Counted from the first letter of the stretch, positions 39,601 to 50,200 are shown. The stretch: DNA of 64,000 bases from Thalia democratica (GCA_965202585.1 OZ241833.1:31434001-31498000), one strand, 5' to 3'. A program made the numbers and translations. Notes: generated by a model from the letters alone, not told the origin.

Positions 39601-42600
39601 AAAAGTTGATTTTATTTTTATCTGGCAGCCGGCCATTCGACCAGTTTTTCCACAAAAACTTTTTAAAACAACAAAAAGCGCGCCAGAGTTGCGCAGGTGA
39701 CTAAATAACTTCTACGACGGTTTGCTTTGCAAAAGAAACTTTCAATTCAAATGGCAACCCCCTTTTTAATAACAAAAAAAAGTTTCAACAATCTCGTAAA
39801 TAAGAATGACTGTGTTGATAGTTTCACTTTTTCAGAGTGAATTTAATGGCAAAATGTTTACTTCTGTTTTATTTATTTGAAAGTATCATAGACAATTATG
39901 GAAAAGGACCCTAAATATTTCCCAGAAAACTACAAATTTAGAACCTAAAAGAAATTTCAATACTTAAAAAAACCTGTACTGTACAGCCCAAAGGAAATTT
40001 CAAAACATTTTATTAACATTAAAAAACTTTGTTTTTACTTCAATTGACAAAAGTTTAGCTTGTAAAATTTTCCAGCCCTGTGTGAAGTTTACGATTTCCA
40101 AACTAAGTTAACAAATAAAAAGTTTTTGTTACGTCACAGTAACGAACCTGCGACGATGTCGTCAACGTCTTCCAGGTTTTCCAACGTCACGTGGCTGAAC
40201 GATGATGTCATAATCAGCTTGTCGTTGAACTTCCTCAAAAAGAAAATTTTCGTGTCGCCCACTTCGACCTGAAGTGTTTATTAGATATCAAACAAAACAA
40301 ATACATAAAGAAAAAATTTTGGCTAAAAATTAAGTTATTCAAGTTTTTAAGTAAAATTACTTCATAGCTGTAGTTTAAATAAGTATTATAACTTGTACTG
40401 CTTTTGACAGGTAATTTAAAACAGTATTTCTAAAAGTAAAGTTTTCTACTGATTTTTAAAAAATATCAAACAGTTCACAGTTCCTTAAAGTACGAGTTGT
40501 TTTTTATGAATTTTCAACATCAATGTTTTTTTCATACTAAATCATAGTTTTTTTGAAAACTGATATGTCATAATAACACGAGACATTTGCAAACAGAAAT
40601 TCTACTTTTTCGTGTAAAACCGAATTTAATAGGTAAAGTGATCTTTTCAGTGTGACAAAAATAAACGCGAACCTTACATTACTAACTGAAAATATCTTGT
40701 TGCACTGTTAAAAACAAATTACCTAAATGCCTCTGCAAGATGCAAGTAAATCGTTTTAGAGTTAAACGCGGGCTTACGTTAAAATATTTTACTGGCCATT
40801 ATGAGATTACTTCGCGAGACTTATAAGTAAAAATTATTGTTGGTCCAACAGTAAAAAAAGAAGTCAGTTAAGGCTTGTTTTAACAGAAAGAAACTTTGTT
40901 AAAATATCTTGCATTCCTGCATGGTAAAACTTAAAAAATTCGATTCAAAAAAAGCTTTTGTGCTGTTTTTGTAAACAGTTCTGCTTTTATTAATACGACA
41001 AAACTTAAAGGTTTTTAATCTACTAAAAGCTAAAAACATGACTTTTAAAACTTAAAGATATGTTCGAAAATTTATAAAAAAAACATACATAACTTAAAGT
41101 TTAAAATAACTTATCTGACTTCAAAATTTAACAACAAGTGAAAGAACAAACTCACGTTTGATTTACAAAGTTTCTTGTTACCGAACCCGGCTACTTCAAT
41201 GAAGGAAGCCGACATGAAACTGAAAATATCGTCCAAGTTTATCGAGGTCATGTTTTCCAGCTCCTCACTTCCCTTCAGCACCCTCCACACCTTCAAAAAA
41301 TTATAAAAAATAATGCGAACCCAGGACACACTGTTTGTATCTTTTTATAAACAAATTAGTTTAGAAATATATTTTTGTGAGCGTTTCATGTAGAGGTTGT
41401 AACAAACAAGGTTTTTAAAATAAAAAACTTCAGAGAAACTTGAATTTACAAACAACAAGCTTCTTTTTACTGGTGTTTTCTTCCTACTGTAAATATTTTG
41501 TTTGTTCGTTTCATTTCTCCTAAAAAGAAAATAAATAGCACCACGTTAGTTAAGTATTTACAGAGAGTGCAAAATAAATATTGTTCTGCTTTAGGTATTA
41601 GTTTGAATTTATTTTTCAGTTTTCTATCACTAACAGTTCTACCATAACTAAAAACAGCTATTTAACATTTAAGAATAAAAAATTTTTAGTTATGGTTATT
41701 ATTTTTAATTCTGCTGACAGAACAAAACTCCAACAAAAAAATATTTTCTAAATTTTTTAATCACAACATATCTTCTAATAATGAAGCTATTTCTATGAAA
41801 TTTATCAAAACTTATTATCATAAGGTTGTAGATAATTAGTATCTGTTAATTTATTTAAAAGTTTAAGTTTACAAATGTAGAAGCAGAAGCCTAACACCAT
41901 TAAAGGTATGAAAAAATTTATTTCAATATATATAAGTTGTAAGTAAAGAAAGAACTTTATACTTACATCGAGAACCAAAAAGTCGTATTGAATATTTAAA
42001 ATCTGGGTTAAGTCGCTTACAATTATCTCTGTACCATCTTTAGACTGGTAAAGTAACCAATTTCATACAAATTTTAAACATAAACAAATAAATAAACATT
42101 TAATCTTACAAGCCCTTCATCTGACCGAGCTTGTAACTGGCCTGTAACGTTTTCTGTTAATGAAATGTTTACATTAAATTACAACAATAGATAAGGCATT
42201 AATGAATTTCGCAAAGCTCATAAGTTTAAAATCATGAAAATTGGTATCCTTTCAACTACATTAAAATCTTGATAAGCTGTTGTCAGAATGTAAAACTTTG
42301 CAAAATGCACAAAACATTATCAAAAGCTTTCTAAAGCCCATAAAGTTGAAAACAATAAAGTTTTACAGGGTTGCTGGCTATTACCATGCTATTTTGGGAG
42401 CAGTAAAACAATTAAGTGGTAAAGCAACTGATGTAATAAAAAGAAAATCAGTCATGGCGATTAAGGAAACCTAATTGTGCTTCCTTAATAAAACCGAAAT
42501 TTTTCTTAACTTTATACTTCAAAGAACAGGTTTACATTTTTTTTTTGACTTAATTTCAACAAAAACTAGTTAATAATTAAAGGATTTCCACTTGCTTTTA

Positions 42601-43150
42601 GTTTTTACTGATAGGAAAAAAATTAAACTTGCATAATCAATTTGCTATTTTCTATTACTTTAAAAATCTAAGTTTTTCTGAAAAATATCTACAATATTTG
42701 TAGTTCAATAAATATACAAAACAACAACTAATAATCTATCACAAACAAATTACATTAAATAAGTAAAAACTCAAAATTATCTCTTTAAACAAAAAAAAAA
42801 TTGAATAAATTATATAAAGATGTAAAAAATACGGTCAGACAAAATAAAACGTCTTATAAAACACAAAAAAAAAGTTTTTAATCATAATATAAGACTAGCA
42901 AACAAAAATAAATGTAACCATGGCAACCAACCTTTACGGTGCAGGGGTAACTCCCCGCCCTGATACCCTGACATTTCTCCACCGTCCCCGTCGCCACCAC
43001 GTGGCTGTCCCCCACTTTCCGGTTCAAACCCTCGTCGCGGCACCTCTCCGCTCCCAAACTCGTCATCACCGCGCGTTTCACGTGGGACTTTCCCGAAGCT
43101 GAGAGGAAGACGAAGAGGAGAAGGGACGTGGTTGCGATTGAGCTCTTCAT
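570..43150 (-). CDS. AGRN: Agrin-like basement-membrane proteoglycan, 32 coding exons in window, 3' end beyond position 1
   Basis: Manual exon chain with GT-AG boundaries and matching phases gives 4022 nt of open frame. Domain order NtA, FS/Kazal repeats, 2 laminin-EGF, FS, SG-rich, SEA, LamG is diagnostic of agrin. Confidence 0.9.
1091..1196 (-). CDS. AGRN: Agrin exon 31: laminin-G 1, part 2
   Basis: YIVDKPVPLFSDVEVSDGNWHVVTSSVNRNDFMLK (DGxWH motif); phase 2-0. Confidence 0.9.
3535..3724 (-). CDS. AGRN: Agrin exon 30: laminin-G 1, part 1
   Basis: SPQFGGSSYILY...IKVKFAFKTFDLHGLLFH...EEGRVVY; phase 1-2. Confidence 0.9.
4514..4537 (-). CDS. AGRN: Agrin exon 29: 24-nt microexon
   Basis: GLEPPYEE; catttttacag| and G|GTGAGA, phase 1-1; could be skipped without a frameshift. 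Confidence 0.68.
6528..6747 (-). CDS. AGRN: Agrin exon 28: canonical SEA domain, part 2
   Basis: IYNQL...IRSVRVTQFSRAPSSGRKVSVDFSLSL...FRTP; phase 0-1. Confidence 0.85.
7413..7540 (-). CDS. AGRN: Agrin exon 27: canonical SEA domain, part 1
   Basis: AAIYRVDGSAIMSL...GSKEHEKYKKKFEDE; phase 1-0. Confidence 0.82.
7791..7815 (-). CDS. AGRN: Agrin exon 26: 25-nt microexon
   Basis: GSKPPSEI; ttttatttacag| and A|GTGAGT, phase 0-1; needed to keep the frame. Confidence 0.8.
8140..8213 (-). CDS. AGRN: Agrin exon 25: acidic Ser-Gly (GAG attachment) region
   Basis: GSGSGSMPPDDDEGDDDEEGSGYP; phase 1-0. Confidence 0.85.
8520..8573 (-). CDS. AGRN: Agrin exon 24: acidic linker
   Basis: PSEEIPPSESDDEDELS; 54 nt, phase 1-1. 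Confidence 0.78.
9087..9213 (-). CDS. AGRN: Agrin exon 23: module 8, Kazal part
   Basis: VCGSDGNNYHSECAMHAMTC...RGKCGFYE; phase 0-1. Confidence 0.92.
9451..9584 (-). CDS. AGRN: Agrin exon 22: FS module 8, first part
   Basis: NGLCKGVTCERADHKC...VCSCITLADCNDQPEDL; phase 1-0. Confidence 0.9.
10095..10253 (-). CDS. AGRN: Agrin exon 21: laminin-type EGF 2
   Basis: CECNVYGSKRQDCNQTDGKCSCIPGVKGDKCDTCPDG...LC; phase 1-1. Confidence 0.93.
10547..10711 (-). CDS. AGRN: Agrin exon 20: laminin-type EGF 1
   Basis: CDCFWKGTVPNKECNPVTKQCPCLPFVGGLRCDRCVPGYW...ECR; phase 1-1. Confidence 0.93.
13290..13417 (-). CDS. AGRN: Agrin exon 19: module 7, Kazal part
   Basis: EKKELCGSDGVTYKSICELNKSSC...HEGSCSTDK; phase 2-1. 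Confidence 0.9.
14127..14247 (-). CDS. AGRN: Agrin exon 18: SGSGSG glycosaminoglycan site and FS module 7, first part
   Basis: SGSGSGELDCYDNEDLCLNGECEF...CVCDFECEL; phase 1-2. Confidence 0.92.
14671..14809 (-). CDS. AGRN: Agrin exon 17: module 6, Kazal part
   Basis: CPETSDDAEVCGTDDRTYKNECQLKKVAC...YEGPCTTE; phase 0-1. Confidence 0.92.
15396..15481 (-). CDS. AGRN: Agrin exon 16: FS module 6, first part
   Basis: NPCEGMKCPIYGTCRNSEFDGRECRCPE; phase 1-0. Confidence 0.9.
15854..15927 (-). CDS. AGRN: Agrin exon 15: module 5, second part
   Basis: SNCKLEQYNCENKKNVKVSSAGTC; phase 2-1. Confidence 0.9.
16151..16280 (-). CDS. AGRN: Agrin exon 14: FS/Kazal module 5, first part
   Basis: TCDGMCSKPGEGC...SCVCVSCQDEYAPVCGSDGNTY; phase 1-2. 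Confidence 0.92.
17842..18078 (-). CDS. AGRN: Agrin exon 13: degenerate FS/Kazal module 4
   Basis: ICLDIRCEKGAKC...PTCTC...PLC...EVC...TKC; 237 nt, phase 1-1. Confidence 0.85.
18485..18657 (-). CDS. AGRN: Agrin exon 12: extra SEA-like domain, part 3
   Basis: AEVSASNEPTNWLPGDEYKWAYRRLF...NLYNFFAD; atgacgtcacag|, phase 2-1. Confidence 0.75.
19389..19477 (-). CDS. AGRN: Agrin exon 11: extra SEA-like domain, part 2
   Basis: KLAEKNTKHNQIIKFEIEKVQKGSLVIFY; atattttacag| and AA|GTTTGT, phase 0-2; it resolves the phase mismatch between exons 10 and 12. Confidence 0.72.
21664..21794 (-). CDS. AGRN: Agrin exon 10: extra SEA-like domain, part 1
   Basis: DTTLIHGTFSV...LDSKEFKRTLKRIEKFINL; aaatacag| and |GTTAGT, phase 1-0. 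Confidence 0.72.
22370..22434 (-). CDS. AGRN: Agrin exon 9: module 3, second part
   Basis: YACQTGQELKAVSKEACKSDF; attctcag| and G|GTAAGT, phase 2-1. Confidence 0.88.
23763..23943 (-). CDS. AGRN: Agrin exon 8: FS/Kazal module 3, first part
   Basis: DPCTSYN...CCSDIVCDYDVTKTVCGNDGRSYQSECAMR; phase 1-2. Confidence 0.9.
25257..25406 (-). CDS. AGRN: Agrin exon 7: Kazal module 2
   Basis: SAPSSCGSCGDHTAVVCGSDGTSYRNKCELEKRSC...SAC; phase 1-1. Confidence 0.9.
26687..26770 (-). CDS. AGRN: Agrin exon 6: Ser/Thr-rich linker
   Basis: ESSTYPLLSTIITSSRISTTTAATTTT; cacttttag| and A|GTTTGT, 84 nt, phase 1-1. Confidence 0.78.
26964..27173 (-). CDS. AGRN: Agrin exon 5: follistatin/Kazal module 1
   Basis: DPCLDVLCGYGARC...LCGSDGVTYESECHLKAAQC...FC; phase 1-1. 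Confidence 0.93.
27588..27623 (-). CDS. AGRN: Agrin exon 4: 36-nt Pro-rich linker
   Basis: GKVVPDRPAKPY; ttttttacag| and G|GTGAGT, phase 1-1. Confidence 0.8.
40148..40268 (-). CDS. AGRN: Agrin exon 3: NtA end
   Basis: VEVGDTKIFFLRKFNDKLIMTSSFSHVTLENLEDVDDIVA; cttcag| and G|GTTCGT, phase 0-1. Confidence 0.9.
41156..41290 (-). CDS. AGRN: Agrin exon 2: NtA
   Basis: VWRVLKG...IEVAGFGNKKLCKSN resembles the NtA VWRYLKG/GFGD motifs; ttttttgaag| and |GTGAGT, phase 0-0. Confidence 0.88.
42932..43150 (-). CDS. AGRN: Agrin exon 1: signal peptide and NtA start
   Basis: MKSSIATTSLLLFVFLSASG...HVVATGTVEK...YPCTVK; donor AAG|GTTGGT, phase 0. Confidence 0.88.
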
Positions 43151-43272
43151 TTTTAACTTGTTTGTTCTTCTTGTTGTTGTTTTCAGACTTCAGTTGAATT
43201 TCTTCATGTCTCGTGAATTTAAAATTTATATGCTTTTCGTTTTCGAGCAGTGTTCTTGTGAACTATTTATAG
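43151..43272 (-). other. Spliced 5' UTR part of the first coding exon, with a 5-codon uORF (43190-43207)
   Basis: Acceptor aatttcag| at 43273; ATG AAG AAA TTC AAC TGA lies upstream of the main ATG. Confidence 0.55.
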
Positions 43273-44092
43273 CTGAAATTGTTATAAAAATTTAAGATCT
43301 GCAACATATCATGTCTTGCTGAACTTGAAACTAAAGTTTGAGACTTGTCTAAATTAAGCTTATTTGCTGTATTTATAAACAATTAATTTTTTTTAAGAAG
43401 TTTTTGATGCAACAGTTGTTTGAAAAACACATTACATTCCTAAATTACTTCTATTTATTATGGTACAGCTAAATTTCTACAGTTAAAACAGAAAGTTTTA
43501 TATACTTGGAAAATATACTTTGTTTTTTTAAGTTACAAAACTTTAATTTTGTTACTATTTCCTTTTAGTGTTTACTAAAAGTTTTTAGAAGCTTGATATA
43601 GAATAGTGAAGAGCTTTTATGATTATCTAATATAACAGTATATATCAAACTAAACTTATTTTCATAATAAATGAACAAATATACATATGCATACGTATCA
43701 TTGTATTGAATTTTTTTTTTTCTGTTTCATAGCTTTTTACTGCGCAGTAAAACAGAGTTTATCTATAATTCATAAGACCAGTCTGTAAAAGCTTTTTTAT
43801 TCTCTCAACACGGCAATACTTCTTAGACTTTCTCTAATCTCTATTTTTACCAGATAAAGTAGAGCCTGTTCATTACAGCTTAAAATTTAAAACTTGTTAA
43901 ACAATGCCATTCTCAAACTTCTAAACAAAAAAAAAACCGCTAGAAACAAAAACTGTTTAAAATTAGCTGCCCGAAAAAAAAATAATGCTCTCAAAAGTGC
44001 AACCGTAACTTTTTCATATTTCAAACACACATTAAATCAGTTTCAAAGATTTTTCTCACATGTTGAGTATCACAACTATGAGCACGACCTAC

Positions 44093-44350
44093 CATTGCAA
44101 AGTGCCGAGGATTGAAAACTCAAGGCGGCTCGCTTCACCTGAGAGTAATTCGCCGGTGGTGTCTCTCGTTTTCTCTCCGGCGACACCCGCCGGCAGACGA
44201 GCGTTTTTCCGCCTTCTCTCGTTTCCTTTCTCTCGTTTTTCGGCGCCGCTTTGAACTTTCCGCTCGCTTTGTAAACAATCGCGCGCGATTTCGAAAGAAA
44301 AATTGTAAGAAAAATAAAACAGCCGGTCAAAGAAACGTGCCTACCGGTTT
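44093..44350 (-). promoter_or_regulatory. Putative agrin promoter / non-coding first exon
   Basis: CpG-rich island in an AT-rich background, 14-bp palindrome AATCGCGCGCGATT (44277-44290), donor AATG|GTAGGT at 44093/44092. Confidence 0.45.
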
Positions 44351-46477
44351 TAAACAAAATTGGTGCACGTTTTAAAGCAAAAAGCTACTTATGCTTGAGC
44401 AATACTTTTTCGTTCTAAAAGTAAAATAACCAAAGTTTTGTAAATCAGCTTAAGTAACTAAATTATCAATAACATCGACTTACATCATTTATTACTGATT
44501 AAATTAGTTATATCAGAATGATTCTACCATTATTATAAATATAAGTAGTATAGTTTATCACTACTTTTAATATAATCATTAAAATGTTGTAATACAGTCG
44601 TATCATCACAACTTCTTTTTTTTATTTTTTTTTTTTTCAAGCTGAAAAAAGTATGATAAAATTTGAAAAATCAAATTTTTTTTATAACTTTTTTTTTTTT
44701 TCAATTGTAGCTTTAAATATATATTCACATTAATTCTACCTCATATGAATTAAAGATTGTGCAAAATCTAGTTTCTTCGGCATCTAAACATTTTTTCGGC
44801 TTGACATTTGAACGTAATATAATATATTTGTATAGAAACAAAAATTGCAAAGAATTAATTGATAAAATATCGAGTATACTAACTACTGTTCACGGAAATT
44901 TATTTGTATTAAACTGAACTTACAAGCTTTAATTTTTTCTTTTAAAGTCAACTTGGTATAGTTTGAAACTGCGGTAAAAAAAACTCGAAAGCTCAAAAAA
45001 AAAATTGAAAACTGTAAGAATGGGTACTGAAATAAATAATATTTACACAAAGATCAACTAAAGTTGAGTTTTGAGTTCGAACGTGAGTTTTAAGTTTATT
45101 TTGTTTTTTTTTTCTCTTTTAATCTCGTTTTCATCAAAAGTCCCAAGAAGTCTGTATCAGTTTTAGAAAATTGCAAAAGCAGAAGCCTAACAACAAACAC
45201 TGGTACATTATTTTTCTATTCGAAATTATTTAATTTTTTGATATTTGTTTACCATACCTGTTTCTAGTTTGTAAACGAGTTTAAAAAGAAATTATCTATT
45301 TTAAATCTTAAAACATTTTATATTAGAGTATGTTTCACTGTTAAAGTGTTGGTCAACAACCAAAACACGATTTTGCTTAGGTGTTAAACGATAACTAATT
45401 ATAAAGTTTTTTATTTACTCTTTAGAACGGAATGGCCTATTGGCAGCCTTTTAAAACTAACTAGTCAATTTTATCAGAATAAGTTGCTTGCTTGCCGCAT
45501 TGTATAGAAAAAGTTTTTCGCTTGCCGCAGTTATTCAAAATAACATCAGTAAAAAGTATAAAATAAAATTTGAGACTAAACGTGATGAAATATACAAATG
45601 TTAAATACTAGTTAGAATTACTGTCTACTGTACACCAAATTAAAATATGGGCTACTTGTAACTTAATTATATTATTTTTGATCATACGATACCGAATTTG
45701 GTCCACATTCTCATACTCATGTAAATATTACTAAGTACATTGACTTCTTATAACATGCTGTAAAATAAAACACTATCCTCTTTAAAAACTTACTTAAAAT
45801 ATATAAATAAAGCAAAGAAAATTTGAATCTAAGAAAAGTTATAAAATAAGCACTTTAAAATGTTTCGTAAAGTGAACATTATGTCCTGGACAAGACATTA
45901 AATTGTATTTGTTTTGTGTGATTCGATAACTGACAGTTTTTTGTACACCAAGTTCTTTGACCAAACTTTTTGAGCGCTTACTTTTTTGTCGTGCAATGAA
46001 CAATTTGCATTTATTGATTAAGTTTTAGGGGTTTAAGATTGATTAATAGTAATTAAAGTTTTTATTTGTTAAACTCAATGTATAAACTTTACAATTTCAT
46101 ATAATGTTAAGTAACTATCACGTTTATGCAAGGCAAATCAGTGCATATTTAGTTTCAAAAAGTAATTAATCTATACAATTTAGACTATGAGTTTATTACA
46201 CGAACATTTTTATAAAGTTCTCTTTTTTTTTGAAACAAAAATACTACAGCACTGATAGAGGTAAAATTTAAAGCATACTGTTTTATCATTAGAAGATGAT
46301 TTTTAGTTTAAAGCACAATTATCTAATTAGTTATTCTTCCAAAAATTCCATTTTCCATACTAAATAGTTAAAAAGTATTTTGCTAACTTATTTTAGTTGC
46401 ACCGCGGTAAACAGTTTAACTCTTGTTCTGTTTTTTTTTTTTGCTCAGTTTTTTAAATAAACTCACCGCCACTATAC

Positions 46478-47260
46478 ATCAAAGTGCTGAAAATTCTCAC
46501 CAGTTCTCAGCTGAACTAGAAGTTCATCATACTGCAAATAACTGGGTAACATATTAATATGGAAACAAGAAGACAACTTGCTAAGAAAGTTTATTTAAAA
46601 GCACGCATACCGTTCATGTCTGAAAAAGCTAAGAAAAAAATAATTTTTTAAATCGAACTGTTGCGTGATTTAACTTTATTTTTTAAAAGATGTAAACCTT
46701 AATCTAATAAAAATCGAGAACAGTTGAACGGGGACAAGTCTAATTTGTATAAAATACGCAGGTGTCATGACGATGAGTTGTTTGATTTCATGTTGTACGG
46801 GGATAGGTATGGTTTAAGTAGAAAAGCGGCTAAAATCAACAAAACAAACTTTTCGAGGAACCATTGTTGTTTGTGGTGGTTGTAACTCTTTCGATGAGTG
46901 GAACAATGTTGGAAAGACGTTCTAAGAAACGGTCGATTACGGCCAACATTGTCGAGCGTGGATGCAGTCACAGCTTGGTTTCAACAAACAACAAGATATT
47001 TGTGATGAGTGGGCTTATTTCAAGAGTTGCGAAGTTTAAGACACAAGTTCTTAGAAGTTTGTGTTTGTAAAACAGCAACCTCGTTCTATGAAATTTAATT
47101 TTTTGTGCTAAAACCGGAAACTGTTTTAACGGGCAACAGAGTTGTTGTGCTGAGGAAGAACTCCAAGCAGTATCTGTTTATAGTGTTCATAAAGCCAAGT
47201 GATCAAGAAGTTACAAAAGAAGAGAACAAAATTGCTCGTCTGAAAGTACCTCAAATATTA
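46478..47260 (+). pseudogene. Decayed BACK-Kelch (kelch-like) pseudogene fragment
   Basis: Frame-shifting translation gives KILTSSQL, ELEVHHTANNWVTY*, RRQLAKKVYLKARIPFMS (BACK-like), then FRGTIVVCGG, HSLVSTNNKIFVMSG, SCEV*DTSS*KFVFVKQ, GNRVVVL, LKVPQI (kelch blades); several stops and frameshifts. Confidence 0.65.
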
Positions 47261-50200
47261 AACTTCATTCAGAACGATCGAAGTAATGTTTGCAAACTTA
47301 TTGAAAATAGCTTATGCTTTTTTTTTTGCGTAAAAAGAAGATTTTGCTGGAGCGGTTGTATACCTTAAAACTAGATAGTGCACTAAATCGTTCACGATAA
47401 TTAATTTTTATTTGATTTCAACTCTTTGTGTTTGTTTTTATTAGTCTTTTTCTTTATTTTTATTTGTATTGTTTAAATCATTTGAAAAAATAGTTTTAAA
47501 TTAGAAATATAAACAGTTGGCCCGCAAGAATTTTTTTCCGTTTGAAGACTTTTTTCAGCCCTTATTAAAGTCTGCCCAAAGCTGATAAATGACTTACAAA
47601 ATTCAGCAACCTTTATTCTATAAAAGAAATTTAATAGTAAATATCAAGAAAAAAATAGATCTACCATCTGATAACCAATACAAAAATTAATTTGGTAACA
47701 ATAGTTTCAGTTAATAGTTTACAAAGTTTTAAAAATCTTTGAGTCGATAATAAAATTAACATTAATTAATGATGTTTAACTAACGAAAATTTAAACACAA
47801 ATGGTTACATGGTTACAAAATTTTCTATAAAAAATCTTCTTTAGTTGCAATTCAATTATACTCTTGAGTCTTGACTTCTTTAATTCAAATAGTTTTCAAA
47901 AACTATCAGGAACAAATTTTGTATCAATAGGACTATTTTTAAAATAACATGTCTCTGAAAAATAACTTTACAGCTTTTTAAACTTTGAAACTAAATTATG
48001 TACGGTTTACTATGCAGCTTAGTGAGATACACCAACAACAAGACATAAACGTTTTAAACAACTGAATTATTTATATGCGGAAAAAAAACAGTATCAGTAC
48101 TCAACAGTGTCTTTTAGCGGATAGTTATTCACTCAAAAGTTTTATTTTCTGTGCATTTTTAAAAAATGTTGTCTGGAGATTTTTATACATCATTCAATAT
48201 CGAAACTATTAATTCGGAATCTTTAATTTTGTAAAGCTTTTTTGTAGCGATAAACGTTTAAATGGCTATTTAATAAACTAAAATTCGATTTGAGTCTTAG
48301 AACACAAACTGTTTTATTATTTTATCCAACATGTGTTTCTAAAATAATAAACCTTAATTTTAAAAAACTAAAAACTATTTACAGATTACATAAAAAGAAT
48401 TTTTCTAACTTTATTTATACTATTACCAGAATAATAAAAACTATATTAATTTTATTATTAAAACTTTTTGTTGTTTACACCAACTATTTCCTTTATTATA
48501 TATATTTCTAGTTTTTCATACGTTTTTATAATGCTATAATCTTATCAATTAAGTTAAACAAAAAACAAATATAATATATTCAAAAATACAAATAAAGATG
48601 TAGTAAATCACAACTTACTTAACGAAAAAATAGCACGATGCAGTTTACATCTAAATCTCATAACTGAATATAAATTAAAAAAATATAAAAAGCTATGATA
48701 GAATTTACACATGAAAAGATCTATAGTGTACACATTAGTATGTTATACAATTGAAATAAAATTTTCCAAAGATGGCAATATTAAAAAAAAATAGACTTTA
48801 ATGACAAACTGTAACTTACTTTAAAAAAGAAACTTTAAAAAAAAGTCTAAATTAGTAGCTTGCTTTTAGACTTAGTAAGCACTTTTTTGTTGTTGATAAT
48901 TGTTTAACAGTTAAGCAACTGAATACCTTTGATAGACCCGATGTTTCATATAAATGTTTATCTTATGTTTTTCGAAATAATTTACATTTTCATAACATTG
49001 TTAGCTTTACAACATAAAATAATTGGCCATTTTGTTAAAAAAAGATCATTATTTTGCACTTACGCGTTTCTTAAACACAAGTAACTGTACCTTGTACGAG
49101 AGTTTGAATATAACGTTTGAAAAGTATACTTTACTAAGTAGTAATGCAGTTACAAAGTACTAACACACTTCTTAATTTACAGACTTTATTAAAACATAAA
49201 GTAACGCTTAAAACTCTGTAGACAAAAGTCATAAGCTAGCAGAGTGTTTTCATATTACGTACTACTTTTTATCTTATTAGTTTTAAAATACCTTTTAGTT
49301 TTTTAACACTCACTGATTATTTAAGTTTGTAACATAGTTGCTACGCTTTTAATTTTCAAAATCTAAATATTTGGAAAGATATAGATTTATACTTTTTAAT
49401 CGTCAGGTCTCGACAAATTACGTTATGAAATTAACATTATGCAATAATATTAAGTTTTTTCAAACGCTGTACTTAAAGAAGTTTCATTTATAACAGCTTT
49501 CTATAAAATATTTTCTGCCAATAAGTTCTCTGCTAAGTATCCTAGAATCCAGTTTTCCCAATACGGTACAAACGCAAATTATCCCACTATATTCTGCTGG
49601 TCAAACAGCTTATTTACAAGTTAGGGTTTTTGTCAGAATATTTTTAAACTATATACCGTTGATATAGTTTATAAGTTATCCATAATAAAAATGCCTGTAA
49701 TTTTGTTTTCTTAACTAGATTAAGCTTTTTTTTTGGGAAGTTTTGAATACCTAGTTTAAGTGTGATAGTTTAGTATGTTACACATTTATATTAATAAATT
49801 ATCAATTTTATTTTTAGAGATTAGTCAAATATAAATCAAAATGGTTTATGTGATATTCATAAACACTCAACTAAAAAAGTTTGAGTTGACTTATTGTTAG
49901 ATACACTTAAGAAATGTCTTAAGTTGCTGTTGTTGTGGAAAACTAATGTTTTGAAATGTAAACACCTTTTTGAATTATGTTTTAAAACTGAAATGATACA
50001 CAACTTGAATTATAAAAGGTTTTATAACTTTATTAGTCATTAAACTTTATAGAATTCCAAGAAAGTTAAAAGTTGTGTTTGTTAAACTTTGTCTTCGTGA
50101 AATTTATAAAATCTTATAAAGCTGTTTAAACGCTTCTGTTATTTCGGAAGCTTTTAGTTTCGGTTTTAGTCTTATACAATATTTAGTACTATATTTCGTT

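Noticed and set aside
44076-44357. 93-aa ORF as a transmembrane N-terminus
   Set aside because: It starts at TTG and contains no in-frame ATG; better explained as promoter/5' UTR
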